Virus record (IMG/VR): IMGVR_UViG_3300006467_000282
Span: 1-64,000 of that record
Reading direction: 5' to 3' (one strand)
Length of the DNA stretch: 64,000 nt
Source: a virus
Taxonomy: Duplodnaviria > Caudoviricetes
Shown: in pieces, positions 20,099 to 29,973 of the stretch
Layout: every line of letters starts with the position of its first letter
How positions within the stretch are numbered: position 1 is the first letter of the stretch
Translations under genes and position numbers: made by a program
Notes under the pieces: generated by a model
Seen by the model: only the letters and a program-made list of their open reading frames with translations
Told to the model about the DNA's origin: nothing
The model's database searches: none

Positions 20099-20521
20099 TT
20101 AGAATTTCCTCAATGATTCTAAGCCAACTCGTAAGCTCTGAGTTTCTTTAGTCACTGCTCTGACTAAATGTGGTCTTGGTGCCATTTTTACTGTTCCCTC
20201 TTCCAGAAAAAGTGCATAATCTGCTGTTTCCCCGACTTCCATCTGCGTATAATCTCTTACATTATAACTCGAACTTCCTGCAAGTCTCCCCGTTCTATTT
20301 GCAGGTGCTTCACCTGGGGCGGATGCTTGGTGTGCTCGCCCCCGGAAAGTATATATTCTACCTGATCTTTTCCCTGTTTTAATTATATTTCGAACATTTT
20401 TAACTACATTGTGACCTGTCACATGTAGTTGACTTTTTATATGTTGCTGATGAATACAAACTTGTTTACCTAAATTAATAATAACTCTTCTTGAGGCTGG
20501 GTCTACTTTTATTTTTATCAT
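20099..20521 (-). CDS. Neck protein, HK97 gp10-like
   Basis: HQASAPGEAPANRTGRLAGS and YALFLEEGTVKMAPRPHL. Confidence 0.85.
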   Translation of the reverse strand: MIKIKVDPASRRVIINLGKQVCIHQQHIKSQLHVTGHNVVKNVRNIIKTGKRSGRIYTFRGRAHQASAPGEAPANRTGRLAGSSSYNVRDYTQMEVGETADYALFLEEGTVKMAPRPHLVRAVTKETQSLRVGLESLRKF

Positions 20522-20910
20522 GCCTCGGTCGCCTCCTGAGTATCCTGGCCACGTTCAACAGTTTGAAGCACTATAGAAAATTTTTCAGTAGAAACTTTTA
20601 AGATTCTATAATATTTATTATCATAGTGAACAAAGAAATTACCGGAATCTAAAGAGGCTAAATCTGGATCGTCTCTGAGAAAGAATAAATCAGTAGTAGA
20701 TTCTTCAATATTAACACCCTGGAATCTATTAACGCCTGATACTTCATCTGTACCTGCCCAAACATTCTTTAATAGGGTAAATTCTTCGGACGGTTGAACC
20801 TCACCAGGTAATGGGGACTGTAAAACTCGTTCCTCAATAGCAATATATGCATCTAAATCACCAGAACATAATTTTGTCTGAGTTAATCTTTTTATTTTGC
20901 AAACAGCCAT
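20518..20910 (-). CDS. Head-closure / head-tail adaptor protein
   Basis: GDLDAYIAIEER...VWAG...YYRILKV; synteny. Confidence 0.7.
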   Translation of the reverse strand: MAVCKIKRLTQTKLCSGDLDAYIAIEERVLQSPLPGEVQPSEEFTLLKNVWAGTDEVSGVNRFQGVNIEESTTDLFFLRDDPDLASLDSGNFFVHYDNKYYRILKVSTEKFSIVLQTVERGQDTQEATEA

Positions 20911-20924
20911 TTAAAATCCCCTAT

Positions 20925-21554
20925 TTATATTACAGCAAATGTATTTAAAATTCGATACTTAGCTATTGGTGCAGCGATAAATAATGGAACAGAAGTTGTA
21001 AATGATCCACGATCTCCTCCCCCTCCGCAATTCGGCACGCAATCTCCCCGATTTAAGTATAAATAATTAACCATTTGTTTTATAGCAACTTTGATTGCTT
21101 CTGGAACATCATCAATATCACCAAATCCCGCGTCGAATGTTACTTTTAATGGATATGCTTTCTCGTAATCAGCGCTGATTGAGTCATAAATTAATATTCT
21201 ACTGAAAGATGACATTCTTTTTACTTCATAATCATCATCGACTGTCAAGACAGTATAAGCATCATTATCAAACACTTCAACACTTGCAACAGATATTAAG
21301 GGGGAACGGCGAACCTCGAGAAATGAAAAGCATTCACTATTGGAAATTCGGATAGAATCAAACTCACCCACGACATCTGTCCTGGTTAAAAACCATCTAT
21401 GAAGATATTCCTCAATTATATTCGTAGCAGCAGCAATTAGCCCGTCAAGTAAATCATCTTCAACAGTATTTGTTATTTTAGAGAATAGTTTTACTTCGTC
21501 TAATGTTACTGGATAGCCTGTAGGTTCCGTCCCCACTGTATAAATATCTGTCAT
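20925..21554 (-). CDS. Head-tail connector (gp6-like)
   Basis: PVTLDEVKLF...DDLLDGLIAAAT...VTFDAGFG...VPEAIKVAIKQMVNYLYLNRG. Confidence 0.85.
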   Translation of the reverse strand: MTDIYTVGTEPTGYPVTLDEVKLFSKITNTVEDDLLDGLIAAATNIIEEYLHRWFLTRTDVVGEFDSIRISNSECFSFLEVRRSPLISVASVEVFDNDAYTVLTVDDDYEVKRMSSFSRILIYDSISADYEKAYPLKVTFDAGFGDIDDVPEAIKVAIKQMVNYLYLNRGDCVPNCGGGGDRGSFTTSVPLFIAAPIAKYRILNTFAVI

Positions 21555-21575
21555 TTTATTTAATCCGTTTTAGAA

Positions 21576-21905
21576 TTATTTTTTATCAGATTTTTCTTTA
21601 GAATCTTTACTTGATTCTTTTTTAACTTTTTTATCTGATTCTTTTTTATCTGATTCTTTTTTATCTGATTCTTTTTTATCTGATTTTTTATCATCGTCTT
21701 TCTCTTTCTTTACTTTTTTCTCTTTCTTCTCTTCTTTCTCTTTCTTCTCTTCTTTTTTAAGATCATCAGTGAATAAATCCGTTTTCATTGCACGAACAGC
21801 TTGTGCATCAGAAACTTCAAAAGATTCACCTTTTTTAAATGTACTTGCTTTTTTAATCCCATCAAATGAATAACTTCCATCTCTCTCTGCTATTAAAACT
21901 TTCAT
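21576..21905 (-). CDS. Small head-associated protein with a K/E/D low-complexity tail
   Basis: 109 aa, (KKESD)n repeats. Confidence 0.6.
   Translation of the reverse strand: MKVLIAERDGSYSFDGIKKASTFKKGESFEVSDAQAVRAMKTDLFTDDLKKEEKKEKEEKKEKKVKKEKDDDKKSDKKESDKKESDKKESDKKVKKESSKDSKEKSDKK
21629..21690. repeat. 15-bp coding tandem repeat (TTTATCTGATTCTTT)x3+
   Basis: Read directly; encodes KKESD. Confidence 0.85.
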
Positions 21906-22007
21906 AATTTTATTTTACCTCATATTATTAATTATTAATATTAAATATACCTTACTTTAAAAATAAAGCGAAAATAATTGTCTTTTTCCGTTTTATTCAG
22001 CAATAAC

Positions 22008-22397
22008 CTACTGATCTGGAGTAGGTTGATGGTGTGCAGTTCCAAGTATAGCTATAATACCAAAAAGAGCATTTCCAGCTGTTTGTCTTACTCTTACATA
22101 TCTTTTCTTGCCAATATAACCGGTTTTGCCGGGCATATCATCCGCTGCAGTAATATGGGCAAGTGATCCAAGTACTTCTTCTGAATCAACAGTAGTTGCA
22201 TCTGATAAATCAGATTCATCCCCATGTTGTAGAATAAACGTCGGTATAACAGTAACTGTATTACTCCCGGTAAATATAAACTCTAATGCCTCAAAACCTG
22301 CTGTATCTATTATATCAAAATTTTCAGGACCAGTTCCTGGGCCAATATCTTTTGCGACTACTAAAGAAATTCCATGGTGCATATCAAATATTTGCAT
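22008..22397 (-). CDS. Capsid-adjacent paralogue C (putative decoration/cement protein)
   Basis: 129 aa, IIDTAG.E.LEF...HGDESDLSDAT...GYIGKK.YVR. Confidence 0.55.
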   Translation of the reverse strand: MQIFDMHHGISLVVAKDIGPGTGPENFDIIDTAGFEALEFIFTGSNTVTVIPTFILQHGDESDLSDATTVDSEEVLGSLAHITAADDMPGKTGYIGKKRYVRVRQTAGNALFGIIAILGTAHHQPTPDQ

Positions 22398-22408
22398 TTT
22401 TGTTCTCC

Positions 22409-22798
22409 CTATATATCCGCAGTTGGTTGTGTATGTGCATTTCCCAGTACAGCTATAACAATATATAGGGATTGTCCTGCTTCTTGCCGAATCCTAACAT
22501 ATTGTTTTTTACCAATATAGCCAACTTTACCAACAGCCAATGGTACAGGAACATTTGCAAATGATCCGAGAACTTCTTCAGCATCAACTTCAGTTGCATC
22601 TGATAAATCAGATTCATCCCCATGTTGTAAAATTACAACAGGAGCAATACTTGTAAAAGGTCCTACTTGAAATAAGAATTCTAAGGATTCAAAGCCAGCA
22701 GTATCAATAATTTCCCCATTCCCCGCTCCGGATGGGATTGAAGCTCCTGCTTTTGCAATTCCGAGTGTAATTCCATGATGTATATCAAATGTCTGCAT
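22409..22798 (-). CDS. Capsid-adjacent paralogue B (putative decoration/cement protein)
   Basis: 129 aa, same motifs as paralogues A and C. Confidence 0.55.
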   Translation of the reverse strand: MQTFDIHHGITLGIAKAGASIPSGAGNGEIIDTAGFESLEFLFQVGPFTSIAPVVILQHGDESDLSDATEVDAEEVLGSFANVPVPLAVGKVGYIGKKQYVRIRQEAGQSLYIVIAVLGNAHTQPTADI

Positions 22799-22813
22799 TT
22801 TTAATCACCTACT

Positions 22814-22852
22814 AATTTAGCATGCAATGTTATTAGTATTGCATGCTAAATT
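22814..22852. repeat. Perfect 15-bp inverted repeat between paralogues A and B
   Basis: AATTTAGCATGCAAT-N9-ATTGCATGCTAAATT. Confidence 0.85.
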
Positions 22853-22866
22853 TTATTTAAAAAGGT

Positions 22867-23250
22867 TTAGTCATCAGTTGGCTGATGGTGTGCAGTTCCA
22901 AGAACTGCGACAATGCCATAAATGGCATTTCCAGCTGACTGGGCTACACGTACATACCTTTCCTTACCAATATAACCCACTTTTCCAACATCATCGGCTG
23001 CTTCAACTTGAACAAGCGTACCGAGAACTTCTTCAGCATCAACTTCAGTTGCATCTGATAAATCAGATTCATCCCCATGTTCCAAGGTAAGGGTTGGAGC
23101 TACTGTAACTGTTGCTCCTGCCTGAAAAATAAATTCCAATGATTCATAACCAGCTGTGTCAATTATTTCACCGTCTACAACTCCAGATGCTACAACATTC
23201 TCTTTTCCCATCAGAACGGTAATTCCATGGTGCATATCAAATACTTGCAT
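22867..23250 (-). CDS. Capsid-adjacent paralogue A (putative decoration/cement protein)
   Basis: 127 aa, directly downstream of the major capsid gene. Confidence 0.55.
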   Translation of the reverse strand: MQVFDMHHGITVLMGKENVVASGVVDGEIIDTAGYESLEFIFQAGATVTVAPTLTLEHGDESDLSDATEVDAEEVLGTLVQVEAADDVGKVGYIGKERYVRVAQSAGNAIYGIVAVLGTAHHQPTDD

Positions 23251-23306
23251 TTTGTTCTCCTTATTTATTTATTTATTTAAATTTATACTAATTTACTATA
23301 CATTAA

Positions 23307-24551
23307 TTAGCTTTTAATTTCTAATAGTTTGAAAGCTTCAGGAAGAACTACCTGGCCAGTATTCCATCGATGGAAAGTAAGCTCAATAACTGCTTGGCGT
23401 TTCCTGGTTACTTCATCACGAATAATTTCCAGTCCAGTTCTATCAATAATAGTATATCCTCTCATAAAGTCAGCAAATACAACTGGGAATGTACCATTGC
23501 CGCCGGAAGTGCCATCATAATCAGGCATATCTTCAATTAATATGTAAGGATAACCTGCAAGAGTGTTCGGTGCTCCTCCTCCAAGTCCAGTTTGCCATAA
23601 GTACTGACCATCCACTGCCCCTTTAAAAGTTCTGAATCTGGCAAGTGATTGACGACTGAAACCATAGTAAGGTTGGTAACCAACTTTTAAGTCACCAGTT
23701 AACAAGATAAGATCATCACCTGTAATTGTACTTGCAGTGGCAGTTTCTCTGGCATCTGCTTGTAATCCAGCGGCAAGTGACAAGAAACCTTCAGGCTGTT
23801 TTGCCCCAGTTCCAAGAACGAATCCACGACCTTCTGCTTGTGCAAATGACTCAGCAACATCTCCTGTAATCTCATTTTCAAGATTAAACTCAGAGTCCAT
23901 CATCATATCACGAGTAAATGGAACTGTAACAGATAGCCTGTAAGCAGTTACAGTCTCAAGCCCGTAGTCGCTTGTATCCAGGACGTCTTCTGCTGCTTCA
24001 CCCTCATATGCAGCCTGTGGAATTCCTGTTCTGACTGGAATTTCAAGAGTTTTACTTCCAGTTGATTTAACACGGGCAAGCGAACGTATAGGAGAAACCT
24101 CAGTAATTTGCTTGAGAATCATACTATCCATTTCAGGCATAGTTAGGTAACCACCCTGAGTAGCATTATCTGTTCTAAGAAGTTGTTTCTGATCAAGATC
24201 AAGCGCAGTAACACCTTCTTGGCAAAATATCTGAAGTGCTTTATACTCTGGTGTTTCTTTGTAGTTAATATTTTTTGTCTGAGTTTGTTCAACGATCTCT
24301 TTTTCAAGAGTTTCCATTCGCTCTTCCATTTCAAGAGCTTTCTTTTCTTTCTCAGCATTTTCAGCAATAAGTTTCTGATTCTGTTTTTCCTGTGTTTCGA
24401 ATAATTCAATAGTTTTTGCTTCAAATTCTTTGAAATCTACAGACTCTTCCCCATATTTTTCAAGATTTTCCTGAAACCCTTTTACTGCTTCCATTATCTG
24501 CTCAGTTGTTACTTCTTCTGTTGTATCTTTTTTCTCTTTTGAATCTGGCAT
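23307..24551 (-). CDS. Major capsid protein, HK97 family
   Basis: Coiled-coil delta-domain N-terminus; QGGYLTMPE, SPIRSLARV, GTGAKQPEGF, FADFMRGYTIIDR. Confidence 0.92.
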   Translation of the reverse strand: MPDSKEKKDTTEEVTTEQIMEAVKGFQENLEKYGEESVDFKEFEAKTIELFETQEKQNQKLIAENAEKEKKALEMEERMETLEKEIVEQTQTKNINYKETPEYKALQIFCQEGVTALDLDQKQLLRTDNATQGGYLTMPEMDSMILKQITEVSPIRSLARVKSTGSKTLEIPVRTGIPQAAYEGEAAEDVLDTSDYGLETVTAYRLSVTVPFTRDMMMDSEFNLENEITGDVAESFAQAEGRGFVLGTGAKQPEGFLSLAAGLQADARETATASTITGDDLILLTGDLKVGYQPYYGFSRQSLARFRTFKGAVDGQYLWQTGLGGGAPNTLAGYPYILIEDMPDYDGTSGGNGTFPVVFADFMRGYTIIDRTGLEIIRDEVTRKRQAVIELTFHRWNTGQVVLPEAFKLLEIKS

Positions 24552-24553
24552 TT

Positions 24554-26068
24554 TTAGTTCTCCTTATTATTTTTGGTTTTAATTGTGTTATTTGCTTTTT
24601 TGATTGAATCCATAAAATCGGATAAGAATTCAGTATCTACCTGTGGCTCGACATCAACGTCGTCCTTTGGAGTTTCTCTCACTTCGCGTTTAAGAAATTC
24701 CTTCATTTTAGATGCTAATATCTTAGCGTTTTTACTATTCAATCGAATACCTTCCCGTGCCAATTTCTCGAATTCCCTTACATTAAGAGATTCCAAATCA
24801 TCAATTCGGAAGGACGAACTTTCATCAAATGGAGAATCCATATCCATTTTTCTGTAATATCTTTTGACGTGATTAATAACAGCTTGTCGTTCATCTGATG
24901 GTAAATCTACTCCACCACGTGCTCCTCTTAAAGCAGCAGCGGCAGCGAATACACCACGAGGAATTGCCATTAATTTACCGTCAATAACATCAGTAAATGG
25001 AAGTTTGTAAGCTCCAAATTTATCTTTTTCCTCTGCATCATACCAGAAAAAAGCTTTTTTATAATCTGTGCCTGGTTCTTCTACTGAATCTGTTAATGAA
25101 CGAATTCTTTTGTTTCTTTCAGAAGCAGGAGCAAATGGTTTGTCCCTTGGAGCCAGGGGTAAATCCTGGTAGGGAGTTGCTGCTTTTTGCTTCATTCCAG
25201 TTACTAAAGCTAATTCATTCATTGGAACAGTTATCAAAGAAGTCTCAAACAACTTCAACTCATTTAGATAACGTGCATCATTTTCAAGGTCATAATCAAC
25301 AGCTGAATAGCCAATACTCATCGAATCAATGGAACCGACTTTCATTTGAGGGATAACTCGATCTGTGACAAAACTATCAGTCTTTGGCATTTTACCTTCA
25401 ACATATAATCCGTGAGGATCTTCCTTTAGAGTAGTAAATACGCCTAAAGGCATATCAGTTTTGTGTTGCCATAAAATCGGCAATTTACCTTCTTTTTGTT
25501 TTGACATCAGTTCAGCAGCAGTTTTAGTAAATGCGCCTGGACGAATAATGTCTCCTCCACGATCCAGGTTATTAAAGGTTGCAGCATAGCCCGAAAAAGT
25601 AAAGTATAAATCTTCCTCTTCGTATTCTTTAATCTCAAATGGAAAGCTTAGTTGTTTAATTTCTGAATCCATTTTACAAGCTCCTTTTATTTTATCAGTA
25701 TTGTCTTTTATTTTAAAAGATTTATTCATTCTTTCGACTGCTTTCATTGCCCATTCGACACAAGCTGTTCCACCCCAGAGTAACCAAGCAATTGTACCGG
25801 ATGTTGGTCCACCATCGTCATCTCTTTTACTTGGTTGATAACCTTCGCGATATTGATTAAATTCTGCAATACTTTTAATAGTTGCATTGCTTAATGGTCT
25901 ACCTTTTATTAACTGATTTGCACGTACTACTCCAGATTCAAGTCCTTCCCTTCGGGATTGCTGTCGGGTTAATCCACCACGTTTCCATTTTCTTTTTATT
26001 TCCAAACCTGCTTTAGCATTTTCCTTAGCAGATTTCGGTGGAGTTCTTTCCTCTGGTGTAAGAGTCAT
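24554..26068 (-). CDS. HK97-family prohead protease with N- and C-terminal extra domains
   Basis: FSGYAATFNNLDRGGDIIRPGAF...ILWQH...GLYVEG...MSIGY...LFETSLITVPMN. Confidence 0.9.
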   Translation of the reverse strand: MTLTPEERTPPKSAKENAKAGLEIKRKWKRGGLTRQQSRREGLESGVVRANQLIKGRPLSNATIKSIAEFNQYREGYQPSKRDDDGGPTSGTIAWLLWGGTACVEWAMKAVERMNKSFKIKDNTDKIKGACKMDSEIKQLSFPFEIKEYEEEDLYFTFSGYAATFNNLDRGGDIIRPGAFTKTAAELMSKQKEGKLPILWQHKTDMPLGVFTTLKEDPHGLYVEGKMPKTDSFVTDRVIPQMKVGSIDSMSIGYSAVDYDLENDARYLNELKLFETSLITVPMNELALVTGMKQKAATPYQDLPLAPRDKPFAPASERNKRIRSLTDSVEEPGTDYKKAFFWYDAEEKDKFGAYKLPFTDVIDGKLMAIPRGVFAAAAALRGARGGVDLPSDERQAVINHVKRYYRKMDMDSPFDESSSFRIDDLESLNVREFEKLAREGIRLNSKNAKILASKMKEFLKREVRETPKDDVDVEPQVDTEFLSDFMDSIKKANNTIKTKNNKEN

Positions 26069-26069
26069 T

Positions 26070-26444
26070 TTAATTCTCCATACCTACTAATGGAATTAAA
26101 TTGATTGCTTGATCATCCAAACGGAAAACTAACTGTATTCGACTATCATCTTCGTCAGTATTATTTGTGAAGTTCCATTTAATAGATCTAAAATCATCTG
26201 ATACTAATTCCAATAATGGTTGTTTATTAGTAAAATAGAATCTTATCTTTCCGATTTCTTTAAAGCCATGTTTTGATTCATCCTCTTTTACTATTCCCCG
26301 AATAACAAATTGGGACTCAATACCAAACTTACACCCAATTTCTCGAAGTTTAACCTTAATTCTCTTTTTGCTATTTTTCTCCGTAATATCTACATACATA
26401 ATAGACATAGCGTTCTCCCCTGCATTATTGAACAAGTCTCCCAT
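26070..26444 (-). CDS. Hypothetical protein
   Basis: 124-aa ORF tightly packed in the head module. Confidence 0.6.
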   Translation of the reverse strand: MGDLFNNAGENAMSIMYVDITEKNSKKRIKVKLREIGCKFGIESQFVIRGIVKEDESKHGFKEIGKIRFYFTNKQPLLELVSDDFRSIKWNFTNNTDEDDSRIQLVFRLDDQAINLIPLVGMEN

Positions 26445-27258
26445 TAATATTATATTGCAGTCTGCATCTGCAATTTATAATTTCTTTCAAAGCTGCTCCC
26501 AATGATCCATCACCAGGGAATCGTACTGAGCTGCCCCCGACTATAAAATTTTGATTTATATCAATAGTTGTTCCTTCAAGAGCCATATGTGTTGGTCTTA
26601 CTTTACTATCATTCCTTGTCAGCCATGTTTTTGTATCTAAAGGAACAATGACTGTTGGACGTGCTGCCCGTATTGCTGATCCAGATTCAGTTGCTTCTAT
26701 ATCTTTCGATTTTTCTGCCGGCAATTGAGTCTCATACATTGTTATTGAAGGGATTCTACCTTTTACTTTCCGCTTTAAAAGAACTCCTGCTAATAATGCA
26801 ATCGATACATTATCAGTTGGTGTGTCTTCTTCCCTTGATATTTTAATTGCTTCCTGTACACTATCATCCATTTGTCTAATTGTTGTATCATTAATAATTT
26901 TGGCATGTTCAGCAGTAATTGTAGCTGTCCAATTATCAAATGCTGTATCAGCAATTTCTTCTAATTCGTCTCTGGTGATTATATCTTCATCTAAATCTAT
27001 ATTATTTATAACTGAATTCCTAAACTTTCGCCGAACTCTTTTGAAATGTTTAGTTAGGGATTCCTGCCAACTCTCAATAAATTCATCTTCTGGTGTTGGT
27101 AATCCAGTATTTGCATATCTTTGTCGGAAATCTTTAACCATTGCTAATAATAATGTAGTTACTTCCCTTTTGTAAGTATCCTCAAGACGTATCTTTTCCC
27201 GTATATCCTTACGAGTTTCACGATTTTGAGCTGCAGTTTGTTTTTTGTCAATGGCCAT
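26425..27258 (-). CDS. Head morphogenesis protein (SPP1 gp7/MuF-like)
   Basis: KTWLTRNDSKVRPTH...FIVGG...FPGD...INCRC. Confidence 0.85.
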   Translation of the reverse strand: MAIDKKQTAAQNRETRKDIREKIRLEDTYKREVTTLLLAMVKDFRQRYANTGLPTPEDEFIESWQESLTKHFKRVRRKFRNSVINNIDLDEDIITRDELEEIADTAFDNWTATITAEHAKIINDTTIRQMDDSVQEAIKISREEDTPTDNVSIALLAGVLLKRKVKGRIPSITMYETQLPAEKSKDIEATESGSAIRAARPTVIVPLDTKTWLTRNDSKVRPTHMALEGTTIDINQNFIVGGSSVRFPGDGSLGAALKEIINCRCRLQYNINGRLVQ

Positions 27259-27259
27259 A

Positions 27260-28687
27260 TTAATTTTCTAAGTTTGGTATCTCTTCGTTATCATTATTAT
27301 CTTCAGAAGTTGCTCGGGCGAGTCTTCTCATTTCTTCTTCAGATGTTGTCGTATTATCATCAGTGAACAAGTCTTCCCCAATTGGGACAAGGTTAGCAGG
27401 TTGATATAAAGTATCTCCCCCTTGTATTGGTTCCCTGTTAGGTAGTCCTTCTCTAATCTCATTTGTTGTTTCAATACCGAGATCTTTTCTTTTTTGAAGT
27501 TGTTCGATTCTTCTTGTTTTAAGCGCTTCAATCTCTTCTGGATTAATTGTTAATGAAACAACATCCGGATCTAACCCATATCTTGGGAGTATCATTTTTG
27601 ATAAGCCCGCCATTAATCTTTTGTATAATGGAATAACAGCAAAATCATATAAATGAAAAACAGCGCTTTGCATATTATTAAATGTTGTTGCATCTGGAGT
27701 AACTAATGGAAGAGGAATTTTATATCTGGTGAAAATAGCATCACGAGCAATCTTTTCTAGATTAAGGAAATCCATATCTCTATTTGATTTACCAAATTCA
27801 TTTATATCCATATCAGCAGAGGAGATCACAGCAATTTTGCCGGCATTATCTGGTCCTGCTAATTGTTCTCTTATCTTTTTTGCTCGGTCTTGGTGTTCAT
27901 CTTCTGTTGTAGTATCCTTGAATTGAACAACTAAGGATAAACGCCCACCATTTTCTAATACTGATACATTATGAACTTTCGAAAGAACTTGTTGAGATAC
28001 CTCTAAAGAAGCAGCAATTAACGGGCTATCGCCTGTTGTATTACTATATCCACTGCTGTATCTCATTATCGGAAACATTTCTCTTAAGTTTCCGTCATAA
28101 TAACGGATTCCTTTTTTTGGAGTTCTTTTTCTTGTGTAAGATCCTGTGCCCATTCCCCGATATATAAGATATTCCTGGGAATAAGAATTTACACCCTCAA
28201 TTATATTCACGTTTTGTGGTTTCTCAGTAAACAATGCTGCAGGTTTTCTATTGATATTTCCAGCAGCAAAAAAATAAACATCCCCTGTAATCAAATACGA
28301 TCGCGCAGCTTGTCCAATAAAATCAGTCCACATCTCATAATCATTAGGATTCTTTAATAGTCTAAGAACTTCTTGTTCAGACGAGATCTTCCCATTTTCA
28401 AGTTTTATTGCAGGATTAATATTTTCTATCTCATCAGCAATAAGGTCTACAGCAGTTGCAACAGAACTTGATTGTCGATATAAGGTCATCGCTTGTGAAT
28501 TAGAAAGACTATTAAATCCTCCAGCACCAAGATTAAACCCTAAAGCAAATTCAAGAAAGGAACCAGGTTGTAAGGGGAAACTACGCGTTGAACTAGATCC
28601 TTTTTTCTCAGTAATGCTCTCTTGTTTTCTATTAAAAAACGGGATTAGATTTTTAAATGAGAAGTTCATTATATTTTCCTTATGCAA
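27260..28687 (-). CDS. Portal protein, HK97 family
   Basis: 475 aa; SVATAVDLIADEI, LLKNPN, GDSPL, DMDFL, TTNEIR. Confidence 0.9.
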   Translation of the reverse strand: MHKENIMNFSFKNLIPFFNRKQESITEKKGSSSTRSFPLQPGSFLEFALGFNLGAGGFNSLSNSQAMTLYRQSSSVATAVDLIADEIENINPAIKLENGKISSEQEVLRLLKNPNDYEMWTDFIGQAARSYLITGDVYFFAAGNINRKPAALFTEKPQNVNIIEGVNSYSQEYLIYRGMGTGSYTRKRTPKKGIRYYDGNLREMFPIMRYSSGYSNTTGDSPLIAASLEVSQQVLSKVHNVSVLENGGRLSLVVQFKDTTTEDEHQDRAKKIREQLAGPDNAGKIAVISSADMDINEFGKSNRDMDFLNLEKIARDAIFTRYKIPLPLVTPDATTFNNMQSAVFHLYDFAVIPLYKRLMAGLSKMILPRYGLDPDVVSLTINPEEIEALKTRRIEQLQKRKDLGIETTNEIREGLPNREPIQGGDTLYQPANLVPIGEDLFTDDNTTTSEEEMRRLARATSEDNNDNEEIPNLEN

Positions 28688-29969
28688 AGAATAAACCGGA
28701 TTTCATTAGTGGCTCAACTGCATATCGAATTGGATCAATGCAATGGTTCCACGAATCTTCTATATCCGGTAATATTTCCTCTGTATGTTTGTCCACCTTA
28801 TATGAATAATTTTCGAACTCTTCAATTGTTTTAACGCATCTTTTATGAATTATAATCTCATGATTCTTTAAAAAAGCAACGCCATCTTCAATTGATCCCT
28901 TACCTTTTTTGCAAGAAACTATTTTAAATCCTTTTTTCTTTACATGCGATATAGTATCTGGTCGTGAATTATCCGCTCGTATTACCCATTTCTTTACATC
29001 TGGGTGGACTTTTTCAAAGTTAGGTGCAATATCATCTAATTCTACATGATTACCATAAAATTCATGAGTAATACATATCTTCTTATTATCTACATCTGCC
29101 CAAAGTCTTATAAGAGTACAAGCATCAGTGGAGAATCCCCAGTCAGATCCGTATCTTACAGCAATATTCTTTGGTCGTTCCGGAATATCACTTACAACTT
29201 TATAATACCCGAAGAATACACTTTTCTTTGAATGCTTTTCAGTTTTGCCTAACCAAATATGAGCATGCTTATCTGGATCGATCTTCAAATCCCACTCCAT
29301 ATCACGTCTTAATTCTTCTGGAAAATATGGATTTTGATCATAATTGATTTCTCGAACAATAGAAGAAGGCGGGGGTGGACCGATAACAAACATTTTGTAT
29401 ACTGGGTCTTTTTCGTTCTTAGGATTAAAACTGAACCATAATTCAGATTCTTTTAAGAATTCTTTATCTTTCTCAGTCTGATATTCCTCCTCTGTTTCAT
29501 CACCTAATGAAGTACCCGTTCTTATTGTAGGTATTAGTATATCTAAAGATTTTTGACTAAGCGACTGTGCTTCTTCACCCCAACAGATTGTTACGCCTTC
29601 AATTGATTTAACACTATCTATATTCTGGTATAATCCATGGAAAATAAATATTGTACCAGTGAGTAAACATCTTATCTCTGTCTGAGTAGAATGAAAGTAG
29701 TCTTCAACTCCCATTCTTTTAATCTGATTATCTAATAATCTTTTAACTGAATCTTTAATTGATTTTTGAACTTCACGCACGCATAGTATTAAATGTTGAT
29801 CTTGCATTGCTAAAATAATCAGAGAAGAACCAATTGATCTGGACTTAGCTCCGGCACGCCCACCATGCATAACTTTATATCGTGCTTGTTCTTGTAACAA
29901 AAAATCGAACGCTTTTGGTATTCTAACTACAGGCTCTAATGGTTCTATGATATTTGCTAAGGAATACAT
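28680..29969 (-). CDS. terL: Terminase large subunit (PBSX-like)
   Basis: HGGRAGAKS Walker A, CVREVQKSI, WGEEAQ Walker B, SFNP, DWGF, HCIDPIRY. Confidence 0.93.
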   Translation of the reverse strand: MYSLANIIEPLEPVVRIPKAFDFLLQEQARYKVMHGGRAGAKSRSIGSSLIILAMQDQHLILCVREVQKSIKDSVKRLLDNQIKRMGVEDYFHSTQTEIRCLLTGTIFIFHGLYQNIDSVKSIEGVTICWGEEAQSLSQKSLDILIPTIRTGTSLGDETEEEYQTEKDKEFLKESELWFSFNPKNEKDPVYKMFVIGPPPPSSIVREINYDQNPYFPEELRRDMEWDLKIDPDKHAHIWLGKTEKHSKKSVFFGYYKVVSDIPERPKNIAVRYGSDWGFSTDACTLIRLWADVDNKKICITHEFYGNHVELDDIAPNFEKVHPDVKKWVIRADNSRPDTISHVKKKGFKIVSCKKGKGSIEDGVAFLKNHEIIIHKRCVKTIEEFENYSYKVDKHTEEILPDIEDSWNHCIDPIRYAVEPLMKSGLFFA

Positions 29970-29973
29970 TTAG

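Noticed and set aside
21629-21690. CRISPR-like repeat
   Set aside because: Contiguous 15-bp coding repeat without spacers; no cas genes.
22008-23250. Diversity-generating retroelement (TR/VR)
   Set aside because: No reverse transcriptase in the window, differences are not adenine-specific, and all three copies are intact ORFs.
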